DNA of 64,000 nucleotides from Cercozoa sp. M6MM (GCA_040357565.1 JBDODJ010000052.1), one strand, 5' to 3'. Shown: positions 1-13,843, numbered from the stretch's first letter. Notes: a model not told the origin generated them from the letters alone. Numbers and translations: made by a program.

Positions 1-34
1 AGTTTTATCTTGTCTTTTTTGTTGCTTTGCGCAG

Positions 35-3000
35 TTGCAGCAGCTCGGCATCCCGCAGAATGTGATCAAGTTTAACAATGTGACGTTTGAGTCGCCGAAC
101 AGCATCGTCGTGCGCGACGAGGGCTCGCTCAAGGTGATCGACACGGCGTCGCAGAACGTGACGACCTTCCAGGTGCCGGTGGACAACGCTATCATGAACC
201 CGGTGACGAAGATCATGGGCCTGCGCACGCTGAACCCCAAGGTTCCGGGCCAGACGGTGCTCACGGTGTTCGACCTGAACATGAAGTCGCCGCTCAAGAA
301 GGCCACGCTGAGCGAGCCCGTGATGTTCTGGCGTTGGATCGACCAGAAGACCATCGGTATCGTGACGCGCACGGCTGCCTACCACTGGTCCATGGACGGC
401 GACGCGCAGCCTGTCAAGATGTTTGAGCGTCACGCCGACCAGCGACAGGTGCACGTGCTGCACTACCGGCAGTCGGCCGACGGTCAGTTCCTTGTGCTCG
501 GTGGCATCGCCAAGAACGCCTCGGGCGGCATCGAGGGCGTCATGCAGCTCTACTCTGTTGGGTACCTTGTGCTGCCTTGCCACTGCTGCTTTGATGTACA
601 TCTTTGATGTATGATTGTGTATGTAATTGTCTGTTTTTTGCAGCATCGGCCGATCGCAGCCGGCCATGTCGGCGCACGCGGCGTGCTTCGCCAACGCGAT
701 GCTGCAGGGCCGAACAGAGCGTGCTACGCTCTTCTGCTTCTGCATGCCGGTAACTCTGACTCCCCCTGTCTCGGGTTTTGCTGGTAGAGACTAACTCTGT
801 GTGAGTGTGCAGAGCAATGGCCAGCACGTTGTCAAGGTCATTGAGCTCGGTGGTTCGCGCGACAAGCAGTTCCGCCGCGAGGCCGTGGTGTCCATGCAGC
901 CCGACGACTTCCCGTTCACGATGTGGGCCGACGACAAGCACGGCGTGCTGTTCCTGCTGACCAAGATGGGCTGCCTGCTCATGATCGACGTGCAGAGCTG
1001 CACGACGATTTTCTCGAAGCGTGTGGCGCAGGCGCCCATGTTCGTGTCGTGCAGCGACCCTGAGACGGTAGTTTCCCTCTCCTAGCCTCCCATGTGCCCT
1101 TGCCTCCCATGTCCCCTGGCCTCCCCGTGTTAAGTGTATGTCCGCGAGTCATTGTTTCTGTTGCTGTCGCAGGGCGGCGTCGTGGCCATCGACCAAACGG
1201 GCCGCTGCCTCAAGTTCGCCGTCGATGAGGCCAACATTGTACAATACGTGACGTCGTCACTGCAGAACTACGAGCTCGGCACTCGCATGGCGGCGCAATA
1301 CAACCTGCCGGGCGCCGAGGGCGTCTTCACGCAGCAGTTCGAGAGCTTCCTGGCCTCGGGTGACTACAACGGCGCCGCGCGTCTGGCTGCTAACGCTCCG
1401 CAGGGTAGCACCTCTTCGCATGTTGCCTGCCTCTTGTAGTCCTTGTATTATCCCTTGACACATTACTGGCGATTGTATTGAGGCAGGCGTGCTGCGCACG
1501 ATCGACACGATCCGACGCTTCCAGCAGGCGCCGGTGCAGCCGGGCCAGCCGTCGGTGCTGCTGTCGTACTTTGCGATGCTGCTGCAGAAACCGGGCACGA
1601 AGCTCAACCAGGTCGAGTCGATCGAGTTCGTGCGCACGATCCTGAGTGGCGGCAACCGCGAGGCCGGCATCAAGCACCTTGAGAAGCTCATCCGTGAGTC
1701 TCGCTTCGACTTCAGCGAGCAGCTGGGCGATGTGCTGCGCACGGCCGACATGAACCTCGCGTGCTCGGTGTACTTCCGCGCCAAGTGTCCCGAGAAGACG
1801 ATTGGCTGCTTTTTGCAGCTCGGCGAGTTCCAGAAGATCATCGACTACAGTCGCTCGGTGAACTTCCAGCCGAACTGGGCCTACCTGCTGCAGTCGATCC
1901 ACAGCACGGACAAGGAGGCGGCGGCGTCGTTCGCGCACCTACTGGTCAGCACGACGCAGGCCGAGTCGCAGGAGCCGCTACTCTCGGTGGAGACCGTGCT
2001 GGACATCTTCATGTCGTCCAACGACGTGCAGACCACGACCAAGTTCCTCATCGACGTGCTGCGGCAGCGCGGCGACCGGCCCGAGGACGCGGCGCTGCAG
2101 ACGCGTCTGCTCGAGATCAACCTGCGCAGCAACGCCGAGATCGCCGACTCAATCCTCGACTCGCCCGACCTGGCGCTGTCGCACTTCGACAAGCCGGCCA
2201 TCGCCGAGCTGTGTGAGCAGGCCGGTCTCATCCCGCGCGCGCTCGAGCTGTACGCCAACCTGTACGCCGAGGACCGCCAGTTCCTGGAGGACATCAAGCG
2301 TGCGCTGTCGGCTGGTCTGTCGCGACACGCCTTCTCGGACCCAGAGTTCGTGCTGCAGTTCTTCTCCAACCTCGAGCAGGAGCACGCGCTCGAGTGTCTG
2401 CGCGACCTGCTGAAGGAAAACATCAACCAGAACATCCGTCTCGTGGTCGAGGTGTGCAAGCGCTACGCCACGATTCTCTCGGAGGCCGGCTGCATTGCGC
2501 TGTTCGAGGAGTTCGACTCGCACACGGGCATCTTCTACTTCATGGTGACGCGCGTCAACCAGTGCGAGGACAGCGAGGTGATCTTCAAGTACATTCAAGC
2601 CGCCACCAAGCTCGGTCAGCTCAAGGAGGTCGAGCGCGTGTGCCGTGACTCGCAGCACTACGACGCCGAGCAGGTGCGCCAGTTCCTGCTGGACGCCGAC
2701 CTCAAGGTGCGTTTGTGTCTGCTCAGTGGCCCTCTCACTGCACTTTTGATTTCTTGCGTTTCTCGAGTTTCTTGAGCTTCCCTTCCCTTTGCGCAGGACC
2801 CGCGTCCGCTGATCCACGTGTGCGACCGTCACGACTTCATCGCGGAGCTGACGACGTACCTGTGGAACAAGCAGTTGTTCGATTTCATCGAGGTCTACGT
2901 GACCAAGATGAACATGGCGGCGGCGCCCAAGGTGGTCGGCTCGCTCATCGATCTCGGCGCGCCGGAAGAGCAGATCCGCGGCCTTCTGAACGAGGTGCGG

Positions 3001-3328
3001 CCGCCGCAGTGCCCGGTGTCGGAGCTGTGCGCTGAGGTGGAGAAGCGCAACCGTTTGCGCATGATGCTGCCGTGGCTGGAGGCGCGCATGCACGAAGGCA
3101 ATGAGGAGCCGGCGCTGCACAACTCGCTCGCCAAGGTCTACGTCGACATCAACAACAACCCGCAGCACTTCCTCACCAACAACAAGTACTACGACAGCAA
3201 GGAGGTTGGCGCCTACTGCGAGTCGCGCGACCCGCTGCTCGCCTTTGTTGCCTACCGCCGTGCCTGGGGTACCTTGATGTCTATTCCTGCTGCCTATAGA
3301 TATATATATATATATATGTATTTATGTG

Positions 3329-3366
<38 letters not shown>

Positions 3367-6127
3367 TGGTGACAGGTTCGTGCGACGCCGAGCTGGTGGC
3401 TGTCACCAACAAGCACGGTTTCTTCAAGGACCAGGCGCGCTACCTTGTCGAGCGTCAGGACACGGACCTGTGGAACACGGTGCTCTCGCTCGAGAACGAG
3501 TACCGCCGCCAACTCATCGACCAGGGTAGCCCTCGTGTCTGTGTATGCATCCTGTATGGTTATGTTTGTATCCTGTATGCGACTGCAGTCGTGGCCACGG
3601 CGCTGCCGGAGTCGCGTGTGCCGGAGGAGGTGTCGACCACGGTGCAGGCCTTCATCCAGGCCGACCTGCCGAACGAGCTGATTGAGCTGCTCGAGCGTAT
3701 CGTGCTGCACGGCTCGGCCGACCTTGAGTTCCGCAACAACCGCAACCTGCAGAACCTGCTGATCCTCACGGTAGGACCCACCCCGCCCTGTTCATAAGTG
3801 ATTCCACCTATGTTTGGATGTATTCATTAGGCCATCCGCGCGGACAAGGACCGCGTGCTGGACTACCTGCAGCGTCTCGACGACTACGACGGTCCCAAGA
3901 TTGCCAAGATCTGTCTCAGCGACCAGCACCAGCTGTTCGAGCAGGCCTTCTTCATCTACAAGAAGTTCGAGCTCGGCGAGGACGCCATCGGCGTGCTGAT
4001 CGAGCAGCTGCAGGACCTGGACCGCGCCGTCGAGTTCGCCAACTACTGGGAGACCGCCGCTGTCTGGGGTCTGCTCGGCAAGGCGCAGATCGATCGTGGT
4101 ACTCTCACCTGTGTGGGTGTGTATTGATAAGTTACTTCGCACTGTGAGTGTAGCCGAGGACGCCGAGGGAGTGCGCGAGGCCGTCAAGTCGCTGCTCAAG
4201 GCCGAGAATGCCGAGGAGTCGTCGGCGCAGCACTGGCAGCTCGTGGTGTCGCGTGCCAACGAGTTCGGCGCCTTCGACGCGCTGACGGACTACCTGCTGA
4301 TGGCGCGCAAGCACAAGCGCAACGAGCCGGCCATCGACAACGAGATCGTCTTCTGCTACGCGCGTCTCGAGCGTCTCGCCGATATGGAGGACTTCCTGGG
4401 CGGTGCGCACGCCGCGCGCGTCGAGGACTGCGGCGACCGCTGCTTTGGTGCCGAGCTGTACCAGGCCGCCAAGCTGCTGTTCACTCAGGTGCCGCTCCCT
4501 GTCTCTGTTGTACATGTACATATTTGTGGGTTTGCAGGTGAACAACTACGCCAAGCTGGCGTCGACGCTCGTGAAGCTCGAGCAGTTCCACGCGGCCGTG
4601 GATGCGGCCGAGCGCGCCAACTCGATCCACACGTGGAAGACGGTGTGCTACGCCTGCGTGGACGCCGAGGAGTTCCGTCTGGCGCAGCGCTGCGGTGTGC
4701 ACATCATCGTGTACATGGACCATCTGGCCGAGCTGATCCAGTACTACGAGCAGCGCGGTCACTTCGAGCAGGTCATCAAGCTGCTTGAGCAGGGTACGCC
4801 TCGTGTTGATATATATATACATATATACTGTATGCGTATGTGTTTCTGTTATAGGCATCAACCTGGACCGTGCGCACCAGGGCATCTTCACGCAGCTCGG
4901 CATCTTGTACGCCAAGTACCGTCCGGAGAAGCTCATGGAGCACATCAACATGTTCTGGTCGCGTCTCAACATCCCGACGCTGCTGGGCGCGTGCCGTGAG
5001 CACCTGCTGTTCCGCGAGGCCGTGGTGCTGTACACGCGGTACAAGCAGTACGACGACGCCATCGACCTGATGATCCAGGAGTCGGGCGCGTGCTGGGACA
5101 GCCAGCAGTTCAAGGAGGTCATCGTGCAGGTGAGCAATACGGAGGTGTTCTACCGCGCGGCGCGCTTCTATCTGGACGAGCACCCGATGCTGCTCAACGA
5201 CCTGCTGATCGAGATCGCCGGCAAGCTCGACCACAAGCGCGTGGTGGCGCTGCTGCCGCGTGAGCAGCGCTGCCTGGCGCAGAAGTATCTGCTGTACGTG
5301 CAGCGCGCTAACGTGCGCGAGGTCAATGAGGCGCTCAACGAGCTCTACGTCGAGGAGGGCGACTACAAGGGCCTGCGCGACTCGATCGAGCAGTTTGACG
5401 CGTTCGACCACGTGGCGCTCGCGCAGCGCGTCGAGAAACACAAGCTGCTTGAGTTCCGCCGCATCGCCTCGGTGCTCTACAAGAAGAACGGCCGCTTCGC
5501 CAAGTCGATCGAGCTCAGCAAGGCCGACAGCCAGGTAGCTCAGTCCGACCGACTGACTGGTCGGTGCATGCTGGTGTATGCTGTGCTGTGTTTGGTGCAG
5601 TGGCAAGACGCGATGGTGTCGGCCGCCGAGAGCAAGGATGCGGCGCAGTGCGAGCAGCTGCTGCGCTACTTTGTGGACACGGAGCAGCGCGAGTGCTTCG
5701 CCGCCATGCTGTTCGTGTGCTTCGAGCTCATCAAGCCCGACGTCGTGCTCGAGCTCAGCTGGCGCTTCGGTCTCATGGACTTTGCCATGCCCTTCATGAT
5801 CCAGACCTTCCGTCGCTTCGACGATGAGCTCTCCGAGGTTAAGACCAAGCTCGCCGAGGTCGAGGAGGCCAAGGCCGATGCCGAGGCTCCGCAGCAGGAC
5901 GCGCAAAACGCGCCGAACATGGGCGTCGGCATGTTTGGCGCGCAGCCACTCGCGATCACTGCTGGTAGCTCTTATCCTATTGATTGGCACTGCATGTCCT
6001 GACTCTTATCCTATTGCTTGGCACTGCAGGACCTGGCATGATGGGCATGGGCATGGGCATGAACCCTATGGGCATGGGTATGGGTATGGGCATGAACCCC
6101 GGTCCCGGTGCTGGCTACGGTCTCTAA
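35..6127 (+). CDS. CLTC: Clathrin heavy chain, 5' end outside the window; 13 GT-AG introns within it
   Basis: Spliced exons read [125 protein letters not shown]. These are diagnostic clathrin heavy-chain segments. Stop TAA at 6125-6127. Confidence 0.98.
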
Positions 6128-6570
6128 GTCGTGTCATCTCTCTGTGACACTGGACGTTGACATCGCTATCGCGCATGCAGTAGAGCTGCGTCTGAGTCAC
6201 TCATTGTTTCGGTCGCGCCTTGAGGGGGACTGACTGCCACTGTCTACGTCTAGCACTTTAGTTGGTTTGTTGGTCTGCATTGCATGCCTTTCGTTCGTTT
6301 GTACATCTGGGGTCACTCACGTCAGTATTGCCTGGCTTTACCCATGGCTCCTTCCTGTACGTGTGAACTGGACTAGCGCTACCTGCACCAAACCATGAAG
6401 TCAACTTTGGTGCCTGGGAGGAACCGAACGTCAAAGGCGAAGACTAGATAAATTTAATCAAAGTGAAATGAGCACGAGAAAACAAAAACTGGGCGTTGTG
6501 TCGGACACGTCTTACTAAAATTACGCAGCGAGATTTTCAGAGTGTCCTCTATTCCTTGCCGTATGAATCG

Positions 6571-8236
6571 TCACATGTATATGGGAAGACCGTGCTGACG
6601 CCGGCGACTGCGCTCGCGTGCTTGGCGGATGTCTTCAAGCGCACTGCTCACGAAGCGCTGGCCGACAGAGGTCTGCCAGTCACGTGCGAGAGGAGTGCGC
6701 TCGCACAGTTCGAGTGCTTCTTTTTCGCGTCGTGTGTCGTTGCTGAGGTAGTTGCGACGCGCCGTACGAGGCAGGAAGTTGCTTCCGATACGCTTCATGC
6801 CGTCGTTTCGCCAGTCGGAAGCACGATGCGTCCTGCAGGCAACAAGCACAAAAAGTGAGTCAACCAAGCGCTTGTTGCGCCCCGCATGAAGCGGAAGTAA
6901 GTACCAATCTGCTGCTCTGCGATACTCGTTGCCACCGACGGGTGGAAAGCGTGTCGTCGAACGAAGCACCTTGCCGTCGTCAATGGTTTCTGCCAAAAAA
7001 GCTTGCTACGTTTAGCGAGCTACAGCAACAACAGTGGCACAAGTAGGTACCAAAACGCCCGCCGATTGCTCTCGAAGTATCACTGGATACTGATGAATTC
7101 GTGCTGGTTCCTGCCACAAAAAGAAGTTATAGTCAGTTTACAGAAAGAAAAAGCCTAAAAGGGCGTACGCCGCTGCGGCCTTTGCTTCTTCTTCTGCTGT
7201 AGCTTGAGACTGACGGCTGAACGATCTGTGCGTGTACAATAGTTTAATACCCTCCCCTCATACAGACAGGATTAAAAAGAACCTACTGTGTCCTGAAGAA
7301 GACGAGCTTGAACTTGTCGATGCACTCGAGCTGCCATACGAGGAGGAGGACTGCGTGTAGGAGGAACCGCTGCTGTCTGTGTTCGTTTCAATCAAATCAA
7401 ACACTCAAAGGAGTGGGTTCAAAAACAAAAGTGTACGTTTGAAGGACGACAGTGGCGAGCGAGCCAAGGCACGACGACTCACAAAGGAGGCGTGCGACAC
7501 GTTGTCGTTACTCTTGCGATTTCGTTTCGTCGTTTGCCGGCGGCGATTGAGCGGCGACTTGCGCGAGTGAAGCAGTCGGTGTGCGAGCTCATCGATGCGT
7601 CGATCGAAGGAGCTCGAAGAGGACGAGCCCGAGTGCGAGACAGCGCCCATAAGACTCGGCCCGGTCTGTGTGGGCACGTTTCTGCCATACCCGGCATCTT
7701 GGTGACTCCACTGAGAGTGGCGGTTCACTTGACTGCGTCCAAAGCGAGTGTAGCTCTGAGACACAGGGGAACAAGGACAAAGTGTACTCATAGGAGTCGT
7801 GCCGATGAGAAGAGTTCGTCTTGGACGTGGCATTGCTGGTGTCATTGCCTTCTGCGCGAATGGAATGCACACTGAGTGAGCTGTGCGACCGCGAGGAAGA
7901 GACACGCGTCGCGTAGGACGAGATGGCATTGTCGTTGGCTACAAAGGCACTATCGTCCTTTGATGTGTCTGACAGCGCCTTGCGCTGTTCGTATGCATGC
8001 CCCTCAGTGTATACTTTTTCACACTGGACGAGTAGGGTTCGTTGTACACTCTGAGTGTCGGTGTCACTTCGACTCATGCTATCAGTGTCCTTGGTCTTGC
8101 TCGTTTTGACAAGGCGCAACTTGATGCCACCTCCTCGCATCTCGGGCACTCGCTTGGTGGCACTCGACTGCAGCTCAGACGTAGATAGTGACGTGCGCAC
8201 TGAGCGCGCTTCTGTGTCCACCTTGCCTATTGACAC

Positions 8237-8333
<97 letters not shown>

Positions 8334-9344
8334 TACACACGTACAAAGTGAGACAAGTCCTAAACATGTTCGTAAGGGAAAACTGACTCAGACGACGGTG
8401 TGGCGGTTCATCCGATTGACGGAGTAATTCAGCTGCTCGACCTCTGGCAGCGACAGTGAATTCGTCGTTGTCACATTCTGTAGAATACCTCGTCCAGATT
8501 GCATCCCTGCGAGTAAACTTACACTATTGAGGTAGATGTACCACTTCTGATCGCCTGATGCAAAAGCTCACGTGCCTCGGTGCCAAGCTGTCCGCCGGTG
8601 GCTTCGAGTTGCAGCTCGGCCAGTGCCACCATCGATGGCACGTAGGCTGAGTTTACATTCGTACCTGTATGGCATACTGTGACTCAGAAGCATGCATTCA
8701 GTACCGTAGCTGTCGATGGCGAGCGCAAAGCAACGCTCGGCATGACTGCGCTGTTTGGCCGCCTGCTCCGCGTCATCGGCATCGTCGCTGTTCTGCAGCA
8801 ACAACACGCCGAGCAGATGCGTCGCCTGTGGGTGGCCCTGTCTGGCCGCTCGTCGGAACCACGTGATGGCCACCTGACGGTTGGGCTCGACATCGCCGGC
8901 AAAGGCCCCCTCTCCAATGAAGGCCAGCGCGAGTGTTTTCTGTGCGTCGGCGTTGCCTTCCTGAGCCAAAGATTTAAGCTGCTCGAACTCGTCCAAGTGC
9001 TCTTCCATCGACTTGCTTTCTTCCGGCTCTAAGTCCACTGATTCGGTAGGTGGGTGCGCCTTTCGTAGACTTTCGCTCTTGAGTGGATCGTAGCTGCGTC
9101 CGGTTTTCTGTGAGAGACTCGTGTTGTCGACTTTGCCACCGCCGGTCAGAGCAGACGTTTTGCCGGACTTGACGGTGCCGAAGGAATCGCCGCTCTTTGG
9201 CGAGCGCGAGGAGCGACTCTTGCGCGAGTTGCGCCGCTTGCGTCGCTGCTTCTGGCGCTGCATCTTGGCCAGGTCGGCGGCGATTTGTTCGTTTAGCGAT
9301 GTGTCGCGGCCTTTCATCGCCGCGCGCGAGAGACCGCAACCCAT
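6571..9344 (-). CDS. SEL1-like-repeat protein with N-terminal MGCG acylation motif and a long Ser/Arg-rich tail (multi-exon; 3' end approximate)
   Basis: ATG 9344 MGCGLSRAA. SEL1-type repeats LAQEGNADAQKTLALAF...AITWFRRAARQGHPQATHLLG. Downstream minus-strand exons are low-complexity. Confidence 0.7.
8233..8329. repeat. (CA)n intronic microsatellite; similar (CA/TG)n tracts at ~12847-12889, 13722-13841, 15186-15247, 17099-17238, 28633-28707, 47951-48036, 51667-51769, 59082-59148
   Basis: Directly visible; all lie in predicted introns, and three contain 10-N gaps. Confidence 0.95.
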
Positions 9345-9993
9345 ACAGCCTAAATTTATATATACTCGAAGGTGAGGTACTTCGAGTTTTCCTCGCAAGA
9401 AGCACAAGGTTTGCCCCCGCTGAAACGTACCTTAATCTTGAATAATATTGGCGCTTCTATCGTTGTTGGGCGTGCTCAAATTCCACGCTAGATATCTTTT
9501 GCTTCGAGGCGACTCGTTTCACGGCTTCAGTTGGCGAAACGCGTCGCAACTTTTGTGTCTGTCGCACCGTTGGAACTGTGCAGTTCGAACGGAAGAAAGG
9601 GTGTCAGTATTCAAGTCGATCGGCTGTGGTTTCCGCACCCTTGGATTGAGTTTTACGAATCCGGACCCAAAGTCGAGGAAGACCGAACCAACTCGCTTTC
9701 GGACGATTTGATACCAGTCCCCCAGAACACAACATTCTCACAACACTCTCACAACATTCCCGGGATAAACAATTGGCTGTTTCAAATGATTTAAGCATGC
9801 TCCACGATATGTTGCGCAAGAACTGTACCCAAAACATGCTAATTAAACTGGAAAGACGCCAGAATAACACACGTCGAAAAATAAAAGGCCAGCATAACTA
9901 CAAAGGCTATTATACGGTCTAACGTGATCAGGCGTGTGCGCATATCGTGCGTACCATATTTAGCACGTTTGGTAAGCGTTGCTGCCGGCTCTG

Positions 9994-11396
9994 ATGGACG
10001 AGGAATTGGTGCTGTCTACGTTCGCGCTGGTGTCGTTCGACCAGGCGGGCCACAACGACGATGACGAGAAGCATAGCATGGAGGACGACGAGCAGGTCTC
10101 CTCAGGAACGGCGCGGTACATGCTGAAGGCGGCGTGGCAAGGCAACCGAGTCGCTGTGGTGACCGACGAGCCGGCAGTGCGTATTTTTAAAACCGGCGTC
10201 GGTGCTTCGGCTTTCAAGTGTTTTCACAAGCTTTGACTGGTTGAGACAAGCTTATCTGTAGGCGCCACGGCCTTGTCGCTGGACGGCGAGCTGCGAGGAC
10301 ACGACAGTCGCATCATGGACGCTCAGTTCGCCGTGGACAATCCGAACTTACTGGTGCGCGTGCGTGTGTGTAACTAGGTATGTGTGGCCTGGTTGTAGCG
10401 GCTTTCTTGTAGGCAACGGCCTCGCTGGACGGCAGTGTGATTGTGTGGAACCTCGAGAACCAGGTGCGCAGTCTATGGTTCCGCATCAGGGTAGTCACAC
10501 CGGGTTAGTCACACCGCATGTTGGCTTGGACAGAAGCAAGTGCTGAGGGTACGGCCGCACGTGCGTGCCGAGTGCGACGACATTGGCGTGCACTCAGTGG
10601 CGCTGCGCAGCGACCTGCTGGTGTGCGGCGGTGCCAATGACCTCGCCGTGTGGACACTCGGCATTGACGGCAGCGGCACCATGGTGGCGCACGAGCGCAC
10701 GCTGGTGGAGTACGCGCACCACGACAACGTGCAGTGCCTGCGGTGGCACCCGTCGCAGTCGAACCTCTTGCTGTCGGGCGGCGGCGACGGTCTCGTGCAG
10801 GTGCACGACGTCACCAAAGAGGACCCCGACGAGGTCACTGAGGAGGCACCCCTCGTCGTCAACTATGGCCGCGACATTCGCACCATCGACTTCTTCTCGG
10901 GCCACAAGCCGCATGACTGTATCCACCTGACCACACCCTGCCCTACCCTACCCTACCCTACCCTACCCTACCCTACTTATGTGTGTGTATGTGTGACTGC
11001 AGGTGTCTGCGTGACCACTGTGGATCACAGCATCGCCTTATTCTCGATCGAATCGGCCGATTGCCTGGCCTCCATCGATGCCGACAAGCTGCTGACTCGG
11101 TGTGCACAAGTGGCTCAGACCACTCTGGTATGCCTGTCTGTTCTCGCCCTTTCCTTTCAATCTTAGTCTACGTCCCAATGTTCAGCCGGCCTCGCGCCTC
11201 AGTGTCGAGCACAATGCTCCCGATGCCGTCTCGTGCCTCCTGGGCTTCCGCACGCAGGAGCGCTTCGGCACGCTGCCGCAACTGATCGCCGGAAGCGCCG
11301 ACGGCACCGTGCACGTGTTAGACCTCGTCCAGAATCAGCAGGGCCTGGACTTGCGACTGCGACAGACGCTGCGTGAGCACAGTGGTACTACCCTCG

Positions 11397-11439
<43 letters not shown>

Positions 11440-11771
11440 GTATGCTTCATGTATCATCTAAATCACCCCTGTGGGCGTACAGCTGAAGTGAGAGATTTTG
11501 CACAAGGCCCCGGTGCCTCGTGCGTCACTGTTGGCGAGGACAGCAAGATTGCACTGTGGGACACGCAGTCCAACGTGGCGCGACAGGTGTCCTCTTGTTT
11601 CCTGCTGCAACAAAGTGCAGCAACACGGTGCTTTTTATGTTTATTGTGCAGAGACAACAGGTGCAGCACGCCACACGGGGGCGAGCTCAGCGCAGCAAGC
11701 ATGCCGACTCGCGGACGCAGCGACCGTACGGTGGCGCTGGACGCCGCCGTCACAACCCCAAGCGCTTTTAA
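9994..11771 (+). CDS. WD40-repeat protein, WDR89-like
   Basis: GH..WD-type repeats: LRGHDSRIMDAQF..NLLATASLDGSVIVWN; AHHDNVQCLRWHPSQSNLLLSGGGDGLVQVHD; EVRDF..VTVGEDSKIALWD. Basic C-terminal tail, stop TAA ending 11771. Confidence 0.8.
10941..10976. repeat. (CCCTA)7 intronic pentanucleotide repeat
   Basis: Directly visible in a WD40-gene intron. Confidence 0.95.
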
Positions 11772-11873
11772 CTCTTAGTTCGGTTGGTGGTTTAATTAAT
11801 CCTGCAGTTCCCCTTTGCTTATACTTGCGCATACTGGGCTCGGGTAACGTACGATAAAGGCCGAGACGTTCAG

Positions 11874-12812
11874 TTAAAGGTGCGAGCCCAGTGCATGGAT
11901 CTCCCTCTGCAGAGTGTTGTTCAGTTTGACACTGCCGATCGCTTCGAACAGACGATCCTCACGCAGTCTGCACTCATTCGGTACAAGGAAGGAAGTATAA
12001 AAGAGGTCAACGAGGCGGGACAATTATCAAAACTTCATACTGCTCGGGGCCGTTTTTGAGGATGCGTGCCACGTCGCCGACGCCATCGGCAGTCAGGATC
12101 TGTTCTCACACACACCATGCTCAAGTGTTGTGCACACCGGTGCGTAGACACACGAATACCTCCTGTCGAAGCGCGACGAGAATACCGGCAGCAGCACGGT
12201 ATGCGAACGTGTCACCAAACACGAGAAAGCAATCCCACACACGCGCGGCCACGTCAATGCCGAGACGCTTGGCGAACAGGGTCATGAACCACTCAACGAG
12301 GAACATCTCAGCACCCACACCTGCAAAATATACAATCAAACTAAGTGTCAGTGAGATGCTTTAAACCTGAGTATCAAGGGAGGAGGACAGTACCGACTTC
12401 CCGCAGCTTATCGTGTACACGCGAATCGGCGTGCTTGATCACTCGCCAAAACAATTCGCACCGTGCCTGGACCTACACACGTGGTACCACAGGTATACCA
12501 GCCACACAGACAGGCATAGCAGAGGACATAAGTCAACCTGAGCATCGTCGAGACGCAGGAAGGAATGAAAGTGCGGCGAGTTCAACTGCGAAAACACAAA
12601 TGGAGATACCAAAACAAACGCAAATGGAGACGCCAAGTCAGAGGACACGTACCAAGTTGGCCAAGGCACGGAAGGCGGCGAACTCGGGCATGTGCAGCAG
12701 CAGTGAGCCGGCGAGGTAGGACATGCCCTGCGCGTATCCGACATCGGGCCGGTAGAAGCAGTACGTGTGCAGCAGTCGGCGCAGTGCCGCGTGCATCGGT
12801 CCTGCATACGTG

Positions 12813-12890
<78 letters not shown>

Positions 12891-13733
12891 ACAAACACAC
12901 AGAAACACACAGGACAACTGTACCATCCTTCTGGAAGAAAGCGAGAGTCGGAAACGTGCGTTCCAGGTCGGTTTCGATCAGTCGCACGGTTTCTTCTCGA
13001 CCCACAAGTGTGGCTACACAGCAAATGACATACAGGTAGGCACAATGCACTCAGTGCGACAGGCAGTGCAACACAAGGCTACAAAGCGAGTCGGTGTCGT
13101 CGTCGTTCTCGATACTCAAACGAGCGCGTTGAGCGAACGCGTCAAACAACTCTGGCGTCACCATCAGCGCATTGCCTACAAGGAGACACATACACACATG
13201 TATTTATAAATATATAAATATATATATATATACATATATATTTCAATACACTACAGGGAACGGACCAATGAGCAGCGACCACAACTTGCCACGGAACTGC
13301 GGCGGCACGCCCTATAGCAAGAGAGACATAACCAGAGATAGATTAGAGACATAGAGTAGAGGACATAGAACGGGTAGGGGGAAGCATACCACTCGGAAAA
13401 CAAGGTCCCTGACACGCGAAGACTCTGGCGACTTCTTGGGATCCCACCTGCCAGGCACACATACACACGTAACAGCAACATACACCTGAAGTAATGCAAA
13501 CACAAGTCACTTGGGCAGTATCTTGTCACGCCACACGGAAACACTTTCCGCTAGTCTTCGCTCCCTCTATGTGCAAGCACACAGATGACCACATGTCACA
13601 CATGTATTGGCAAAAGCACTCTACGTGCGTGTGTACCTGTGCCCTGCGTCGCATCTCGTCGGCATTGCTATCGTCGGCGCCTTCGGCTTTCGGACGGCGT
13701 CTCTGTGTGTTACGGATACGACACACACCCACA

Positions 13734-13784
<51 letters not shown>

Positions 13785-13794
13785 NNNNNNNNNN

Positions 13795-13843
<49 letters not shown>

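Noticed and set aside
5-5990. Long antisense ORFs over clathrin (also over importin, e.g. 60490-62097)
   Set aside because: These are shadows of strongly GC3-biased coding sequence, with no protein-like motifs.
6496-6858. Plus-strand 120-aa ORF after clathrin
   Set aside because: Non-ATG start, antisense to the last exon of the SEL1 gene, and no motif.
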